Shown: piece after piece, positions 26,289 through 40,400 of the stretch
Numbering within the stretch: position 1 is the first letter of the stretch
Layout: every line of letters begins with the position of its first letter
Assembly (NCBI RefSeq): GCF_009834535.1
Contig: NC_045696.1
Coordinates: forward strand, 58,592,001 to 58,656,000
Direction: 5' to 3'
DNA: 64,000 bases
Source of the DNA: Camelus ferus
Lineage: Eukaryota
Position numbers and translations under genes: made by a program
The notes under the pieces: model-generated
Told to the model about the DNA's origin: nothing
The model's database searches: none
What the model saw: only the letters and a program-made list of their open reading frames with translations

Positions 26289-28913
26289 CTAACTCTGCCC
26301 CCACTCCCAGCTCGCCTCTTGGAAAGTGACGTCTGTAAGACCGTTGATACTGAAAGAGGGAACCCTGAGTGGAAACAGGTCCCAGAGGAGAGGCCAGAAG
26401 GAGCCTGCCTGCCCTGGACCTGAAGGGGCAGGAGGGTAGAAGGATGGTCTAAAGCCACACCCAAATGGCCCTCCAGCCACCCACGTGCTCCTCACTTTCC
26501 ATTTTCCTCTTCATATCAGGAAATGCAACCGGAAAAGCAGTTTGCTATGGATCACTTTAGCAGACTGACCCCAGGAAAGTGTGGCCTGAGTCTGGACAAG
26601 GGCCCTAGACTGAGGGTCACAGAACAAGGACCTCTTTAAGACTGACAAAGACGGAGAGACAAAGAAAGACAGGAGACATAACAACCAAATGCAGAGAGTA
26701 TCCTGGAGAGCATCCTGGGCCAGAACTGGGACAGTTGACAAACATGAACAGGTTCTGTGGGTGGGGTGGTATTGTGGGCGGGTACTGATGATTTCCTGCC
26801 TGGGAGGTCACATGGGGATACTGTAGAGGCTGTCCTTGCTTTTGGGAGAAATTGGAGAATTGGGAGGGGACTGGGGCATCATGTCAGAATAGAGAGAGAA
26901 CAGATGTGGAGCAAATGCAGAACCATGGTTGGGGAATCTGGTGAAGAGACTGCTGGAGTTCTTTACACTGTTCTTTTAACTTTTCTGTAAGGTTTAAATT
27001 ATTTTTTTAAAACTTCCTCCCATAAAAGAAGATGAAAATGGGGGGATGCATGGATGTGGGGTAGGAAGTCAGGGAGGAAAGATAAAAAAGTGGAAATAGC
27101 CTATTTCCACAGCCACATATGGAAACACTAATAATACAAGTGCCTCCCCTGGCTGAAGACAGGCAGGGAGTGACGGAGAACTGGATCTCCAAACCCTCAG
27201 CACAGCTTGGGGCTGGGCTGCAGCCTGGGGATGCGGGAGGCAACCAGAGTGCTTTAGGTACCAGGGGCCTGAGACCAAGGGGACTGCAGGGGGTCTTGTC
27301 CTCGTCCCTAACACACCCCTTCCTGCAGCAGAGAGCCCACGGCCTTGGCTGTTTCGGGCCTAGGAGCTTCACCCTGGCTGAGAGCTGGGATGCTTCAGTT
27401 CCCTGGGAGACCCCAGCTCCCCGAGAGACCCTGCCTCGTGACTCATCCAGGTCTTCTGGGGCTGCGAGAAAGCTGCTGTTGCCTGGGCACTGGGGAGCCA
27501 GGGTTGGCGGCTATGGTGAAGCTTCAGGCTGCTCTGCTCAGCCTGGCAGGCAGCCTCAGTTTGATCCAGTGCACCCGGGAACTGGATAAGGTCCCTGGAT
27601 GGGAGTGAAGGGGCAGCCGGTCACAAAGACGCGGAGTGGCAGGCTCACTCTCTCTTGTTGCCACCCGTTTCTCGGGGTCTTTGCAACACAACTGAGATGA
27701 ACAACGGCTAGCATCTTGGAAGGGGCTTCCCGGGGGCTCAGAGGGGATGTGAGGTGTGGGCAGAGGAGTGGAGGGACATCAGCCCCGAGCCCCACAGAAC
27801 CTGGCCAGCCCCCCAGAGAGAGCTGGGGCCTCCTGGGAGCCTCCCCAAGGAGAGAGGTGTGAAGACCTCAGTGGGCACCTCAGCCAGACCTCATGCAGAA
27901 CACCCAACAGCAGGGAAAACCAGATGCCCCCATCTTCACTCAGCATCCAGTGGAAATCCAGGGCCTCCTGGCCCAGCCCGAGACTTTAATCTCAATCTTA
28001 TTAAGAAGCTGAGGATGGAGGGGACCTAAGTGAGTCACAGATGAGCCAGAGAAGTGGTCTGCACACAGGGGCCAGGCCAGAGGAGGCAAAGAGGCTGGGC
28101 TAAGCTACGCCCTGCAAGGGGCTTGGCTGGACTAACAAGTATGAGCCCCACCCCTACTCACATCTAAGAGCTGGCTCTCTCCTGCACTTTCTGAGGTGGT
28201 CCAGCAGGGAGTAAGAGGCCACTGGGGCTGTGGCTAGCACTGGGAGCACCCTGTGTGTGGTCTAGCAGCCTCCCCTCCTCCGGGTGGATACAATCAGGGC
28301 TCAGGGCACGAGGTCTGGAGAGCAGAGTGCTGGCTGGTATCAGCCTCATCTGGGCACCCAGCACCACCTCTGTCCCTGCTTAGGCCATCTCTCACCAGGG
28401 CCAGGGCCCAGCCACCTGGCTGGACTTCCTGTCTATGGTCTTTGATGCTCCTTCCATCCATCCTCCCCTGGAGGGGTCTTCAAGCCCCGTGTGGTCACAT
28501 TAAGCCTTGCTCAGAAGCCTGTAGTGCCAGCTCCTGCACGTGGCCGGGCTCCTGCGCTAAGGCACCCACGACCCCAGGACCGTGTGCCCTGCTCATCTCC
28601 TCCTACTCCGCTCCTCTCCCCCGACGCCTTCTTGCCTCCCTGCTGCCCCGTCACAAGCTGTGCTTGTCCACGCCCCTCTGTCCTGGATGACATAGTCTTT
28701 GTAACTTCAGAGCATATCTCCTTGGCCCATCAGAGTCCCAGCACTGTTTGGGGTGGGTTTGTCTGGACCTCCAGGGTTTTGCCTCTTGGCCCCAGAGAGC
28801 AGGGAGCCGACTCACTGGGACATGGGGCAATGGTCAGTTGGGATGAGGCCTGAGCAGGACACCTTGTTAGTGCGGAACACAGGCTCAGCCCAGCCCGTGA
28901 ACTCGCTCGCTCA

Positions 28914-29138
<225 letters not shown>

Positions 29139-30175
29139 TCATGCCAGGCTCGGGGCCCCTGAAGGCCTTTTTCCTTCCTCTCCCTTCAGTTCCCCCTTCT
29201 CCTCACCCTCCTGCTCTAACTTTGCCTGAGGTGTGCCTCTTCCAGGAAGCCTTCTTGGTGGGCAGCCCCGTCTCAGCCCCTGCTCACCCTACGGCTCAGT
29301 GGCCATGACTCCTTTCCTGAGGGCTTACTCTCCCCCATCACTGGGGAGCTCCCCTCTGGTCACTTCAGGGGATGAATGAAGACTCCGTAAAAGGCAGTGA
29401 GTACATCCCAGGTCTTTCTCAGTTGACAAGACAGAGATCAGCACATGGAAGCCAGGCAGGCCATACTGACCATCTCTCTGCAAACTTGTGCAAGTCTTTT
29501 AACCTCTCTGAACCTTAGTTTCCTAATCTGTAAAATGGGTAACAATACCCACATTTCAGGATTGTGAAAAGAATTAAAGATACTGCATGCAAAACTCCCT
29601 GTACAGTATCCAACAAACAACAGGAACTCCGAAACTGGTCACTATTCTTGTCTACTTATATTTCTGTTAACATTATTAATACTCCTAATAAAAGCAGCTA
29701 TCCGAAACTCTGCTCCTGTCCCAGCAAAGAGCCCAAACCTTGAGGGCTGCGTAGACTCCCTGTCCAGCATCAGCCCTGAGGCAGGGCCTAACCCACAAAC
29801 TCTGCAGGCCTCGTGTCGGCTCCTCGCCTCCAGGGGCAGAGGGGGCACCTGTTCTCCTGTGCCTGGGGTCCCACATGTGCTCCTGGGGAAGAGCTGAGGC
29901 TAAGTGCTCTAAGGTGAGGCCTGTGGGATGACCTGTGGGACCTGATGACCCTGGCCACCAGTCTGTAGATCATCTTGGGGTGATAAAGGAAGGGCATCTA
30001 CCCAGTGAGGCCTCCTTGGTATTTGGGGAGGGGAGGGCTCCTCCTTCACCGCCCACCTTCCCACCTGGGCGCTGCTGCCTTCTCTGCTGGGCCCTGGGCG
30101 CTGGCCTCTGGCAGCTCGGTGCCAAGGGCAGGCAGGGGCTGTATCAGGGAACTCAGAGAAAGAGCTTCAACTCAC

Positions 30176-30205
30176 CACTGGGAGGTCCCGTTGTTGCTGA
30201 AGTCT
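30176..30205 (-). CDS. ADCY5: ADCY5 exon 16 (30 nt): (I)DFSNNGTSQ(C)
   Basis: CAG acceptor 30206-30208, GTGAGT donor; symmetric phase-2 exon with an NGT sequon. Confidence 0.9.
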
Positions 30206-30628
30206 CTGTGAACAGGAGTTGGGGAGGGCCATTCAGGACTGCTCTCTGCACTGGCAGCCTCCATCCCTGCTCTGTCTCCCATCGGCCATGCCCCCTCCTG
30301 CTCTGCTGCCCCCTGCTGTAGCCCCCCACCCTGCTTCTCCCCAACCCTGCTTCCCCCCTATGCTGCTCTGCTTCCCTGTGCCCAATACTTCAGCCTCTCT
30401 GCTGTTGCTCCTTCGCTCCATCCCCAGCAGCCTCCTCTTCCCCATCCAAGGTCACATTTAGTCTGGGAGGCTTGCAGAAAGCCTGGCCCCAACTAGCATC
30501 TGGTCACCATGATCACCAATCACCCAGCCCTCACTTGGGACCCTGAGGCCCCCAGCACATCCACCTGGGCAGAAGCCTGCCCCCTCTCCAGCCCGTCACT
30601 GCCACCCAGAGGAATAGAAATACTCCAC

Positions 30629-30928
30629 CTGCACTGTCCAGTATGGTAGTCACTGGCCACATGCGGCTACTGAGCTTAAAATGTGGCTAGTGCAAGTTAA
30701 ACTGTCCTGTAAGTGTAAGATAGATACTAGGCTGTGAAGAATTAGTGTGGAATAATGTTAGCTGTTTCGTTAATAATTTTAAACTGACTACATATTAAAA
30801 TACTATTTTTAATATACTGGTTAAATAAAAATATTATCAAAATTGTTTCTTTTGCCTTTTTAATACAGCTACTAGAAAATTTTAAATTATATCCGTGGTT
30901 TGCATGATCTATCTAGTGGACGGAGCTG
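30629..30928. mobile_element. hAT-Charlie MITE (MER33/MER3-like)
   Basis: ctgcactgtcca...tggacggagctg inverted ends; gccacatgcggcta internal motif. Confidence 0.7.
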
Positions 30929-32287
30929 CCCAACAACCACACCAGGGTCTCCCAAAACAGAAAGGACCTCCATTCTCTGCTGCTACCTCAGCAGGAGGAA
31001 GGACGGGCTGTGGGGAGGGGAGGGGCGGGTGAGAAGGAGGAGGCAAAGTTCCCCGCTCCTGCCCTGGTCCGCCCGTAGAAGGGCAGGCCTCTTCCCTCTC
31101 CTGTCCCCGCAGGACCGCAGCTGCATTGCTCCCGCTGCTAGTTTCTCCCTGTCATCTGCCCACAGCCCCGCACGGCCGCCCAGAAGTTCTTCCTTGGATC
31201 TGACTTAGATCCTTCATTACACCTTCACTTTCTCAGGGGACACTATCTGCACCGGAAGGTAACAATTCTGACACTGGAGTTATTGTCTGTTTTATCCATG
31301 ACTGTCTCTCCACTGCCGAGCTCAGTGCCTGGAACGGGTAGGCGCTCAAACAGAATTTTGGAAAGAGACAGAGGCAGAGGTCCCTTCCTCTAACTCAGAG
31401 TGAGCACAGCTTGCTGCATTTTCTCAGGGAACACAGGCCTGTGGGTCACATGTTTTGCACTTTCTGATGTGTGTGGGGACAGTAATGGGAAGAAAAGTGT
31501 ACTATGTATCATTCACTCTACCTACAGTGTACTACGTTGGGTATTATTCCCATTTTACTGGGAAAAAATAATGAAGTTCAGAAAAATAGCCAAATGTGTG
31601 TCTGAGGCTGACTCAAACTCCATTTGGCCCAAAACCAGAGCTCTTTCCCCTCATGGAGCCACTTCCCTTGGAAATCTGACATCTGTCACTATATGACCAG
31701 GCTGACTACTAGCTGGATAGCCTGGGGCACACCCCCCATGCCTGCCACCTCCTGCCGGTGGGACCTAACCACTCACCATCATAGCCAGGAGCCTGTGATC
31801 AGTGCACAAACTACCCAACCGTCCATGGGGACCCTGCCTACTTTGCTGAGTTGCCATGAGGACAAAAGGCACGAAACAGAACAAGAGCCCGTGAACAACA
31901 AAGGCTGCTGCTCTGCTTCCACAGACCTTGCTTTCCAGCTCTGTTGGACCTTGACCCCTCTGGGCCTGAGGTACATGGCAGTTAAGCGAAAATAGCTCAT
32001 CAGAGGCAGCCCTGGACAAATGAGGAACAATTCAGAGGCCGGTGGTCAGGACTGAGTAGGAAACTGGAGACAGAAGGACAGGGGGACATAGTAGCCCTGA
32101 GGCCACCTCCACCACTGGCGGAGGGAGGGAGGGGAAGAAACAAGACACTGCGCTGCTTTGCCCAGGTGGTCAGCGCTGGGAGCAAAAGGACACTACCCTG
32201 GAAAGCCCCCTGCAGCCCAGCTCCTGCTCTTCCTGCCTCTCTGCAATGCCCCAGAGCCCGTGGAGGGCGTGAGGTGGGTGTCACCTA

Positions 32288-32485
<198 letters not shown>

Positions 32486-32879
32486 TCAGCTCCCAGGCAG
32501 CCTTCCTGCCCCCGGGACCGCCCCTAGCATCCCTGCAGTCTATGCGGGCCTCAGTTGAAGCCTGGTCTGGGGATGTTTCTGCTGATGCAAACCTGTGCTG
32601 TGATGTGAGGGGCCCTGGTCAGGAACCAGAAGGTGGGGCTGAGTTGGGCCAGAACCAGCAGTAGGGCCCAATGGTTAGAGCAGGGCTCCAGGCTCAGGCA
32701 GGCTTGTGTTTCTGCCCTGATTCATTACGGATTGTTTGTGTGACTTAGGTAATTTATTCAACCTCTCTAAACCTCAGTTTCCCTGTATGCAAAACCCATC
32801 TCATGGGCTCACTGTGCCGATTACAGGACATGAAGTCCCTGGCACAGTGCCTGGAGCCCTCAGTACCTGTGGGAGCGCA

Positions 32880-33198
32880 TGCCCCAGCCCCTGCTCTGCA
32901 ACTTTAAATCCAAAGTCCTGAAAAATGAGTGTTTTCCTAACTGATGTGGTGGCCACACCTCAACTGACCTCATTCGGTGGCCAAACTGACCTACTGATGT
33001 GATGTGAATTATCACCTTTATCCTGCTTCCTGTGACGACAGGAAGTCATACATTCTACTGCAGAAATATTTCCGTGTTTCATTATCAAGTGCTGCTCAGA
33101 CTGCACTGGGGTGTGAGGTATCCTTTTAAAATCTGAAAAATCCCGAAGTCCAAAACATTGTCTGACTCAGGAGATTTGCGATGAGGGACTGTGGTCCT
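32880..33198. mobile_element. Degenerate TcMar-type MITE (MER104/Kanga-like)
   Basis: aaatccaaagtcctgaaaa and aaatctgaaaaatcccgaagtccaaaaca...gagggactgtgg motifs; family uncertain. Confidence 0.4.
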
Positions 33199-34819
33199 CC
33201 CTGTCTTTTGGGGAGGTCCCTTCTGGTCCCTGAGCCTTAGCTTCTTTCTCAGAAAGCCAAGGGGCTGAACCAGGTGATCTCAAGAAGTCCGGGTCTGCTC
33301 TGTTGTCCCCTGATGGTAATCCTAGACACGTCAGCATCTATTATTTTGTTCTTTCTTTTCAATTTAGCCTCATTATTTCTGCATCAGACATTGCAACTCA
33401 CTGTTCGCTGCCTGGGGCTGGAGGCAAAATACTGTTGGCTGGTGGTGGGGGTAGCCCCTAGGTTAGACCTTCTGCCTCCCTAGGTCTTCAGGAACCCAGA
33501 GAACTGCAGGAGCCCCTGGTGATTGGAAGGGGGAGGGACCAGCTTCAACTCATCAATAGGAACGGGGCAGAGGAAGGAGTAGGGAGGGCAGACCCAGATA
33601 AATCAGCCCCAGGGATAATAATCCCGTCCTCGGGGGATGAGGAGGGGAACCCAAGAGTCAGCCTAGATTCCCAGTCAGACCCTGGCCCCAGACATCCAGG
33701 AGGCCAGGACTTAATGCTAAGTTCCACCTCGCGGTCTGTGAGGAGTTCTTGAATCAGAATGACACCTGAGGTGGAGGGGGGAGGTCAGTCCTAGAGGTCT
33801 GTAGCTGGTAGAACTTGGGATCCGCGGGGCCCGAAACTGGTCGACCTGGTGAGGGCTGAAGTGGAGGGACCAGACCAGGCCTGCTGCCCCTGCTCTGTTC
33901 CCCTACTCTCTCCTGGAGCAACCACCAAGGGGGCAAATGCGAAACCAAAACCAGCCTCTGCTTCTCAGGCAGCAGCTCCCATGGGATCTCGGCCAGATGT
34001 GAGGGAACTGGGTTGGGGGAGTGTAGGGCAGGTGCCTACCCAGCCTGCCCCGGGCTGCTGCTGGAACACGGAGCTGCTGGAGCCCAAGGCCAGGTGGAGA
34101 AGCGCTGGTCTAGGCGAGCACCAGTGACAGGGAGCCCTACCCCTCCCTGAGCTTCCCTCACCCCGCCTGTAGAGGGGAGTCAGAACAGCCCCCTTCCCTG
34201 GGCAGGGCGAGGGAGGCCAGCACTGTGACAGCCTGTGGCGCCCTCACTGCAGTTCCAGACCCTTGCTGTGAGTCAAGGGCCCTGTAGGAATTAGATGAAA
34301 GCACAGGCCCTCTCCCCAGAATCGGGCAAAAACTGCCGACCTCTGACAGGTTTCACGGGAGCCCCAGGAGGGAGCCGGGGAGTGGGAATCACCCAGTGCA
34401 TGGAGCTGGGGCTGGAGGCCTGGCCCTGTTGCTCGCTAGGAAACTGCTCGGGGGGGGGGGGTGCAGGGGGGTGGCCAGGTGAACGCAGCACCCGTGTACC
34501 ACCTGTGAATGCAAGCTGCTCTCTACTGGTTCTCGGTGCTATTTTTTAAACCTAATTATGTGCAGGTAAGCGATTTCTTTCTGGGGCGATGGAAATATTC
34601 TAAGATTAGTTTATGATGATGGCTGCACAAGTTTGTGAATATACTAAAGGCTACTGAATTACACTTGAAACAGGTGAGCTTGATGGTGGTACTGGTTTGG
34701 GACTGGACTCCCTTTGCTCCCCTCTGCTCTCCGACCTCCAGCAGAGGGGTTGGGTAGGTCCACCTGAGGCAGCGTCAGGTATGCTGCTGACGCTGAGGGT
34801 CTAGAAACAGCTCTGCCTT

Positions 34820-35065
34820 CAGGTTAAGAGCAAGAACTCTGGAGCCAGATGACCTGGGTGGGAGCTCTGGCTCTGCCACTTACTAGCTGTGTGACCTTAG
34901 GCAAGGTACTTAACCTCTCTGTGCCTCCCTTTCATCTGTTTAAAGGAGATAATAATATTATCTATATCATAGGGTTGTAGGAAGGATTAAATGAGTAAAT
35001 GTATGTGAAGCACTTGGCACAGTGTCTGGCACATGGTAAGTACTTTATAAAAAATAGCTATATTA
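34820..35065 (+). mobile_element. Near full-length MIR
   Basis: ggttaagagc...ctctggagccaga...gccacttactagctgtgtgaccttaggcaag...aacctctctgtgcctc. Confidence 0.85.
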
Positions 35066-35262
35066 TTATTACTCTTACTATTATACTAAAGCTGGCCTTG
35101 TTCCCTAGTGTCCAGCACATAGAGTGAGAGAGACTGGGGGAAAGGAGGTGTCTGGAATGGCAGTGAGCTTGAGGGCGCCTGGCTGTCCATCAGAGCAGTC
35201 AAGGGCAGAGAGGGGTGGGGTGGGAAGTCCCGATCTGCAGCCAGCCTCTCCCTGCCCAGTAC

Positions 35263-35427
35263 CTCGGGGAAGTTGCAGTTGGGCCAGAAGCTGCCGCAGA
35301 AGCCCTGCTCGTCCCCCAGGCTGTAGTTGACGGCCGACTCCACCACGTGGCACGCGTTGACTTGGCTGGTGCTGACATTGTGCTCGTCTGCCAGGCAGCC
35401 AAACAGGTCCTTGGAATTGCAGGTGAA
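35263..35427 (-). CDS. ADCY5: ADCY5 exon 14 (165 nt), extracellular loop: [55 protein letters not shown]
   Basis: TAG acceptor, GTACTG donor; NVS and NYS glycosylation sequons. Confidence 0.95.
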
Positions 35428-35704
35428 CTAGGAGAGAGGACAAGGTCAGCACGTGGGGCCAGGCCAGGGCAGCCCATCTCCACAGGGCAGCGCAGCGAGT
35501 GCCCATCCCCTTGTCTCAGGGCCAGCCTGACACTGACCAAAACAGGAGAGGATCCTGGAAGAAGCCAAGGAACAGGCAAGGTTTGCCCAGCTGTCTAGGG
35601 CAGGGCTCGTAAACCTCTCTCGGGGATGGACTTTCTTGAGTCTTTCAAGCCTTGAGCTCCTCCAGCCTTGAGAGTGAGGACTAAAGCCCACACAAGAGGC
35701 TTTA

Positions 35705-36262
<558 letters not shown>

Positions 36263-36826
36263 CTAACAGGGAATCAGAAGAAAAGTGCATGTACCCGCTG
36301 TGTGAATTTCATGCTGACTGGAGTTACAGTCAGGGAAGGGCAGGAGTTGGCAGTGCAGGCATCATGGAGGGGCCCAGAACTTTCCCAGGGAGGGTCAAAA
36401 GGCTTCTTGGAAGAAGTGGGGAGCTGTGGGTCTGAGGACTCAGACAGCACCTGGTGTCTGGACAAGGGGGATGGACGTGTGAGAAGGGGGCAAAACAGTG
36501 TGTGTGATGGAGGCAGGGCCCAGGACATGTGAATGAAGTGAGCTCTTCTTCCAGCAGGACCCTCATGGATCCGCTATTTCCCTCACCTAATCTTCTCACA
36601 CTTCCTTCAACTAGACACACTGGATGTCTATTCACAGACCCACTGCAGTTTTGGTACTTAAATGATGTGTCTACCTAATCTGACACCGCTGGCCTTCGCC
36701 ACCATGTCCTCTTCATCTCCCAAGCAACCTAGACTGAAAAAGAAGTTGGCAGACCCAGAGAAGCCAAGTGGTGGATTAGTGCTTCCCCCATCCTACCAAC
36801 CCTAATGCCTCCTGGTGAGGCTGATC

Positions 36827-37406
36827 TGTTGCAAAAATGCCCTGTGTCCTGTGGAAACCCCCAAGGGCAGAGGAAGGTGGGGGGAAAAGCAATGGGCCAA
36901 GAGCCTGGAGACCTGGGTTCTAGGCGTGGCTTTTCCTGTGTGAACCTGAGCACACCTGCACATTCTGGCTGAGTGTGCCAGACTGCAAGGATTACCCACC
37001 CTCTGGTATGGAGAGTTGCTGTAGCTGGTCACACAGGCAGCCACGCAGGCAAGGGAACACAGGGTGACCGTTGTGTGACTGCTCCTTCCCAGCGTGGAGA
37101 GGATCGGCTTGTGTGTGACAATGTTTAAGGCTAGCAAGTGCAGGCCCTTGGTCCAGTGTTCCTCAGCTGTGACCCAAACTCACCCCCTGCAGGGTGTCCA
37201 TGAGGGTCCATCAGGTTGCCCCCAGGGGGCTTTTGGGAACCAGCACAAATGTGCTGATGCCTGTGCTGCTTGCTGTGTAATAAAGTCTCTTGTCTCTGAC
37301 CCAGGAGTCTTATGACTTCTGCCAGCATCCATGAAAAAGCAAAGAGCTAACTTACAGCTTGTGAGTAGGGCAGAAGCACATCTCAGCCCCTCTGCAGTTC
37401 TTGACA
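36827..37406 (+). mobile_element. Old solo LTR (ERVL, LTR40-like)
   Basis: TG...CA termini; aataaagtctcttgtctctgacccaggagtc...cagttcttgaca R/U5 block. Confidence 0.65.
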
Positions 37407-37829
37407 CCAAGTAACTGCCCTGCTTACCCCGCAGCCTTGGGCTTTGGGCTGGGCGTGCATGTAGGAAAGCAGTATATCATTTTCCAAATCCTCCTCCACC
37501 CTTCCAACAAGCCATTCCCTATTTGGCAGAGGGAAAGAAGGGACCACAGGGAAGGAAAGCCTCACAGGAAGGACTGCAGCAGTGGCAGAGGCCTGTGAGC
37601 CATTCAGGCTCCAGGCTGAGTGGTGAAGACCCTGGACTCCATGTCCTTGGCTGGGGTGCCTCCCAGCCGTGCTCATGAGTCATCAAGTCTGCGGCATTAT
37701 TCTGAAAAAAACATTTCCTTCGGGAATAATGAAGGAGACACTCTGACTGAATCTACTAACATGGTAGGAGGAAAAATATGTGTGTTTTGGAGAGGATAAG
37801 CTTGGATTAAAATATTGCTTAATAGACAC

Positions 37830-40005
37830 AGAGATTAATGGAGGAGAGTGAGAGTCCAGACATAAACTCATATTTATGATTGATTGATTTGCACAAGGTA
37901 GCCAAGACAACTGGAAGAGGAAAGAACAGTCTTTTCAACAAATGGTGCTAAAACACCTGGCTATCCACAAGCAAAAGAATGAAGTCGGACTCCTACCTCA
38001 CACCATATGCAAAAACTAACTTGAAATGAATCAGAGACCTAAATGTAGGAGCTAAAACTATAAAACTCTTAGAAGAAAATATACAAGTAAGTCTTGGTGA
38101 CTTTCATTTAGGCAATGGTTTCTTAGATATGACACCAAAAGCACAAGTGAAAAAGAAAAAATAGATAAACTAGACTTCATCAAAACTTCGAAATTTTGTA
38201 TTTCAAATAACACCATCAAGAAAGTTTTAAAAAAGGTGTTGGTGAGGATGTGAAGGAACTGGGACCTTCACATCTTCACCAACTTTGTGCATTGCTGGTG
38301 GTTACATAAAATGATGCAGTTACTTAGAAAACAGGATGACAATTCCTTAAAAAATTAAACATAGAATTGCCATATGATCCAGCAATCCCACTCCTGGGTA
38401 TATACCCAAAAGAACAGAAAGCAAGGGCTTATACAGATATTTGTACACTCACGTTTACAGCAGCATTATTCACAATAGCCAAAAATTTAAAGAAACTCAA
38501 CTGTTCATCAATGGATGAATGGATAAGCAAAAATGTGGTATACATATACAATGGAATATTATTCATCCTTGAAAAGGAATGAAATTCTGACACATGCTAC
38601 AGTGTGGATGACACCTTGAAGACATTATGCTAAGTACAAGAAGCCAGTCACAAAAGAACAAATACTATATGATCTACTTATATGAGATACCCAGAGTAGT
38701 CAAATTCACAGGGACAGAAAGCAGAATGTTGTTTGCCAGGAGTTAGGGCAGAATGGGAAGTTATTGTTTAATAAGTATAAAGTTTCAGTTTGGGAAGATA
38801 AAAAAGTTCTGGAGAGGAATGGTGGTGGTGGTTGCACAACAATATGAATGTACTTAATCCACTGAACTATAAACTTTAAAGTGGTTAAAATGGAAAATTT
38901 TAATTTTACCATAACTTAAAAATGATTATAGCTCAGTGGGAGAGTGCATGCTTAGCATGTACAAGGTCCTGGGTTCAATCTCCAGTACCTCCATTAAAAA
39001 AATAAATAAACCTAATTACTTCACCCCAAAATTAAAAAATGATTATAAAAAAGAAAGTGAAAAGACAATCCACAGAATAAGAGAAAATTGTGGCAAACTA
39101 TATACCTAATAAGGGTCTTGTAACCAGAATAAACAACGAACTCTTACAACTCAACAATAAGACAAATAACCCAATTAAAAGATGGGCAAACAATTTAAAT
39201 AGACATTTCTCCAAAGAAACTATACAAATGACCAATAAGCACATGAAAAGATATTTAACATCATTAGTCATCAAGGGAAATGCAAATCAAAACCACAAGG
39301 AACCACTTCACACTCCCCAGGATGGCTGTAATCAGCAAGTCAGACAATAACAAGTGCTGGTGAGGATGTAGAGGAATGGGTACCCCCGTGCACTGTTGGG
39401 TGGAATGTAACATAGTGCAGCTGCTTTGAAAAACGGTTTGGCAGTTCTTCAAAATGTTAAACACAGAGTTAGTATATGAACCAACAATTATTATACTTCT
39501 ATGTACATACCCAAGAGAACTGAAAACATAAGTCCATGTAAAACCTTGTACACAATGTTCATAGCAGCATAATTAGTAATAGCCTGAAAGTGGAAACTAC
39601 CCAACTGCCCATCAACTGATGAAGGAATAAACAAAATGTGGTATATCTGCACAAAGGAATGAAGTGCTGTTATATGATACAACATGAATGAACCTTGAAA
39701 TTTGCTAAGTGAAAGAAGCCAGTCTCCAAAGGCCACACATTGTATGATTCCATTTATACAAAATGTCCAGAACAGGCACATTCATAGAGACAGGCAGTGG
39801 ATTTGAGGTTGCTAGGAGCTGCAGTGAGCAGGAGTGAGGAGTGACTGCTAACAGGTATGAGGTTTCTTTGGGGGATGATAACAGTGTTCTGTAATTAGTG
39901 GTGATAGTTGCATAACTTCATGAATATATTAAAAATCACTGAATTATAATTTTATCAATTTTATAAAGGTGAATTTAATGGTATGTGAATTATGTCTCAA
40001 TAAAG
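37830..40005 (+). mobile_element. Nested old L1M(B) fragments in intron 12, antisense to ADCY5
   Basis: ORF2-end peptides (PYDPAIPLLGIYPKE, NRHFSKE...MTNKHMKR); outer copy breaks at ~38225 and resumes at ~39051. Confidence 0.88.
38931..39034 (+). mobile_element. 5'-truncated Vic-1-like SINE
   Basis: TSD aaaaatgattata at 38918-38930 and 39035-39047. Confidence 0.88.
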
Positions 40006-40202
40006 CACCCATTAAAAAAAATCCTGCTCACACAGTCTTACTAGCTGTGTGATCCTGGGGAAGTCATTAAGGGCTCTGAGCCTCAGTTTCTTTATTGATA
40101 AACAAGGAATATGTACCTCTCAGGGTGGTTATGAAGACCCAGTGAAATGATGCATTTGAAAGTGCTTTGTAAGCTATTAAATTCAATAGAAAATTTAGTT
40201 AA

Positions 40203-40400
40203 ATGTAGAATAGATAAACAAGATTATACTGTATAGCACAGGGAAATATATACAAGATCTTATGGTAGCTCACAGAGAAAAAAAATGTGACAATGAATAT
40301 ATATATGTTCATGTATAACTGAAAAATTGTGTCCTACACTGGAATTTGACACAACATTGTAAAATGATTATAAATCAATAAAAAAATGTTTTTAAAAAAG
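40203..40400 (+). mobile_element. Short young L1 3' end
   Basis: TSD agaaaatttagttaa at 40188-40202 and 40401-40415. Confidence 0.88.

Noticed and set aside
27649..27714. Possible 66-nt in-frame exon MLAVVHLSCVAKTPRNGWQQER
   Set aside because: A GTGAGC donor is present, but the AAG acceptor and pyrimidine tract are poor and it would interrupt the conserved helical linker
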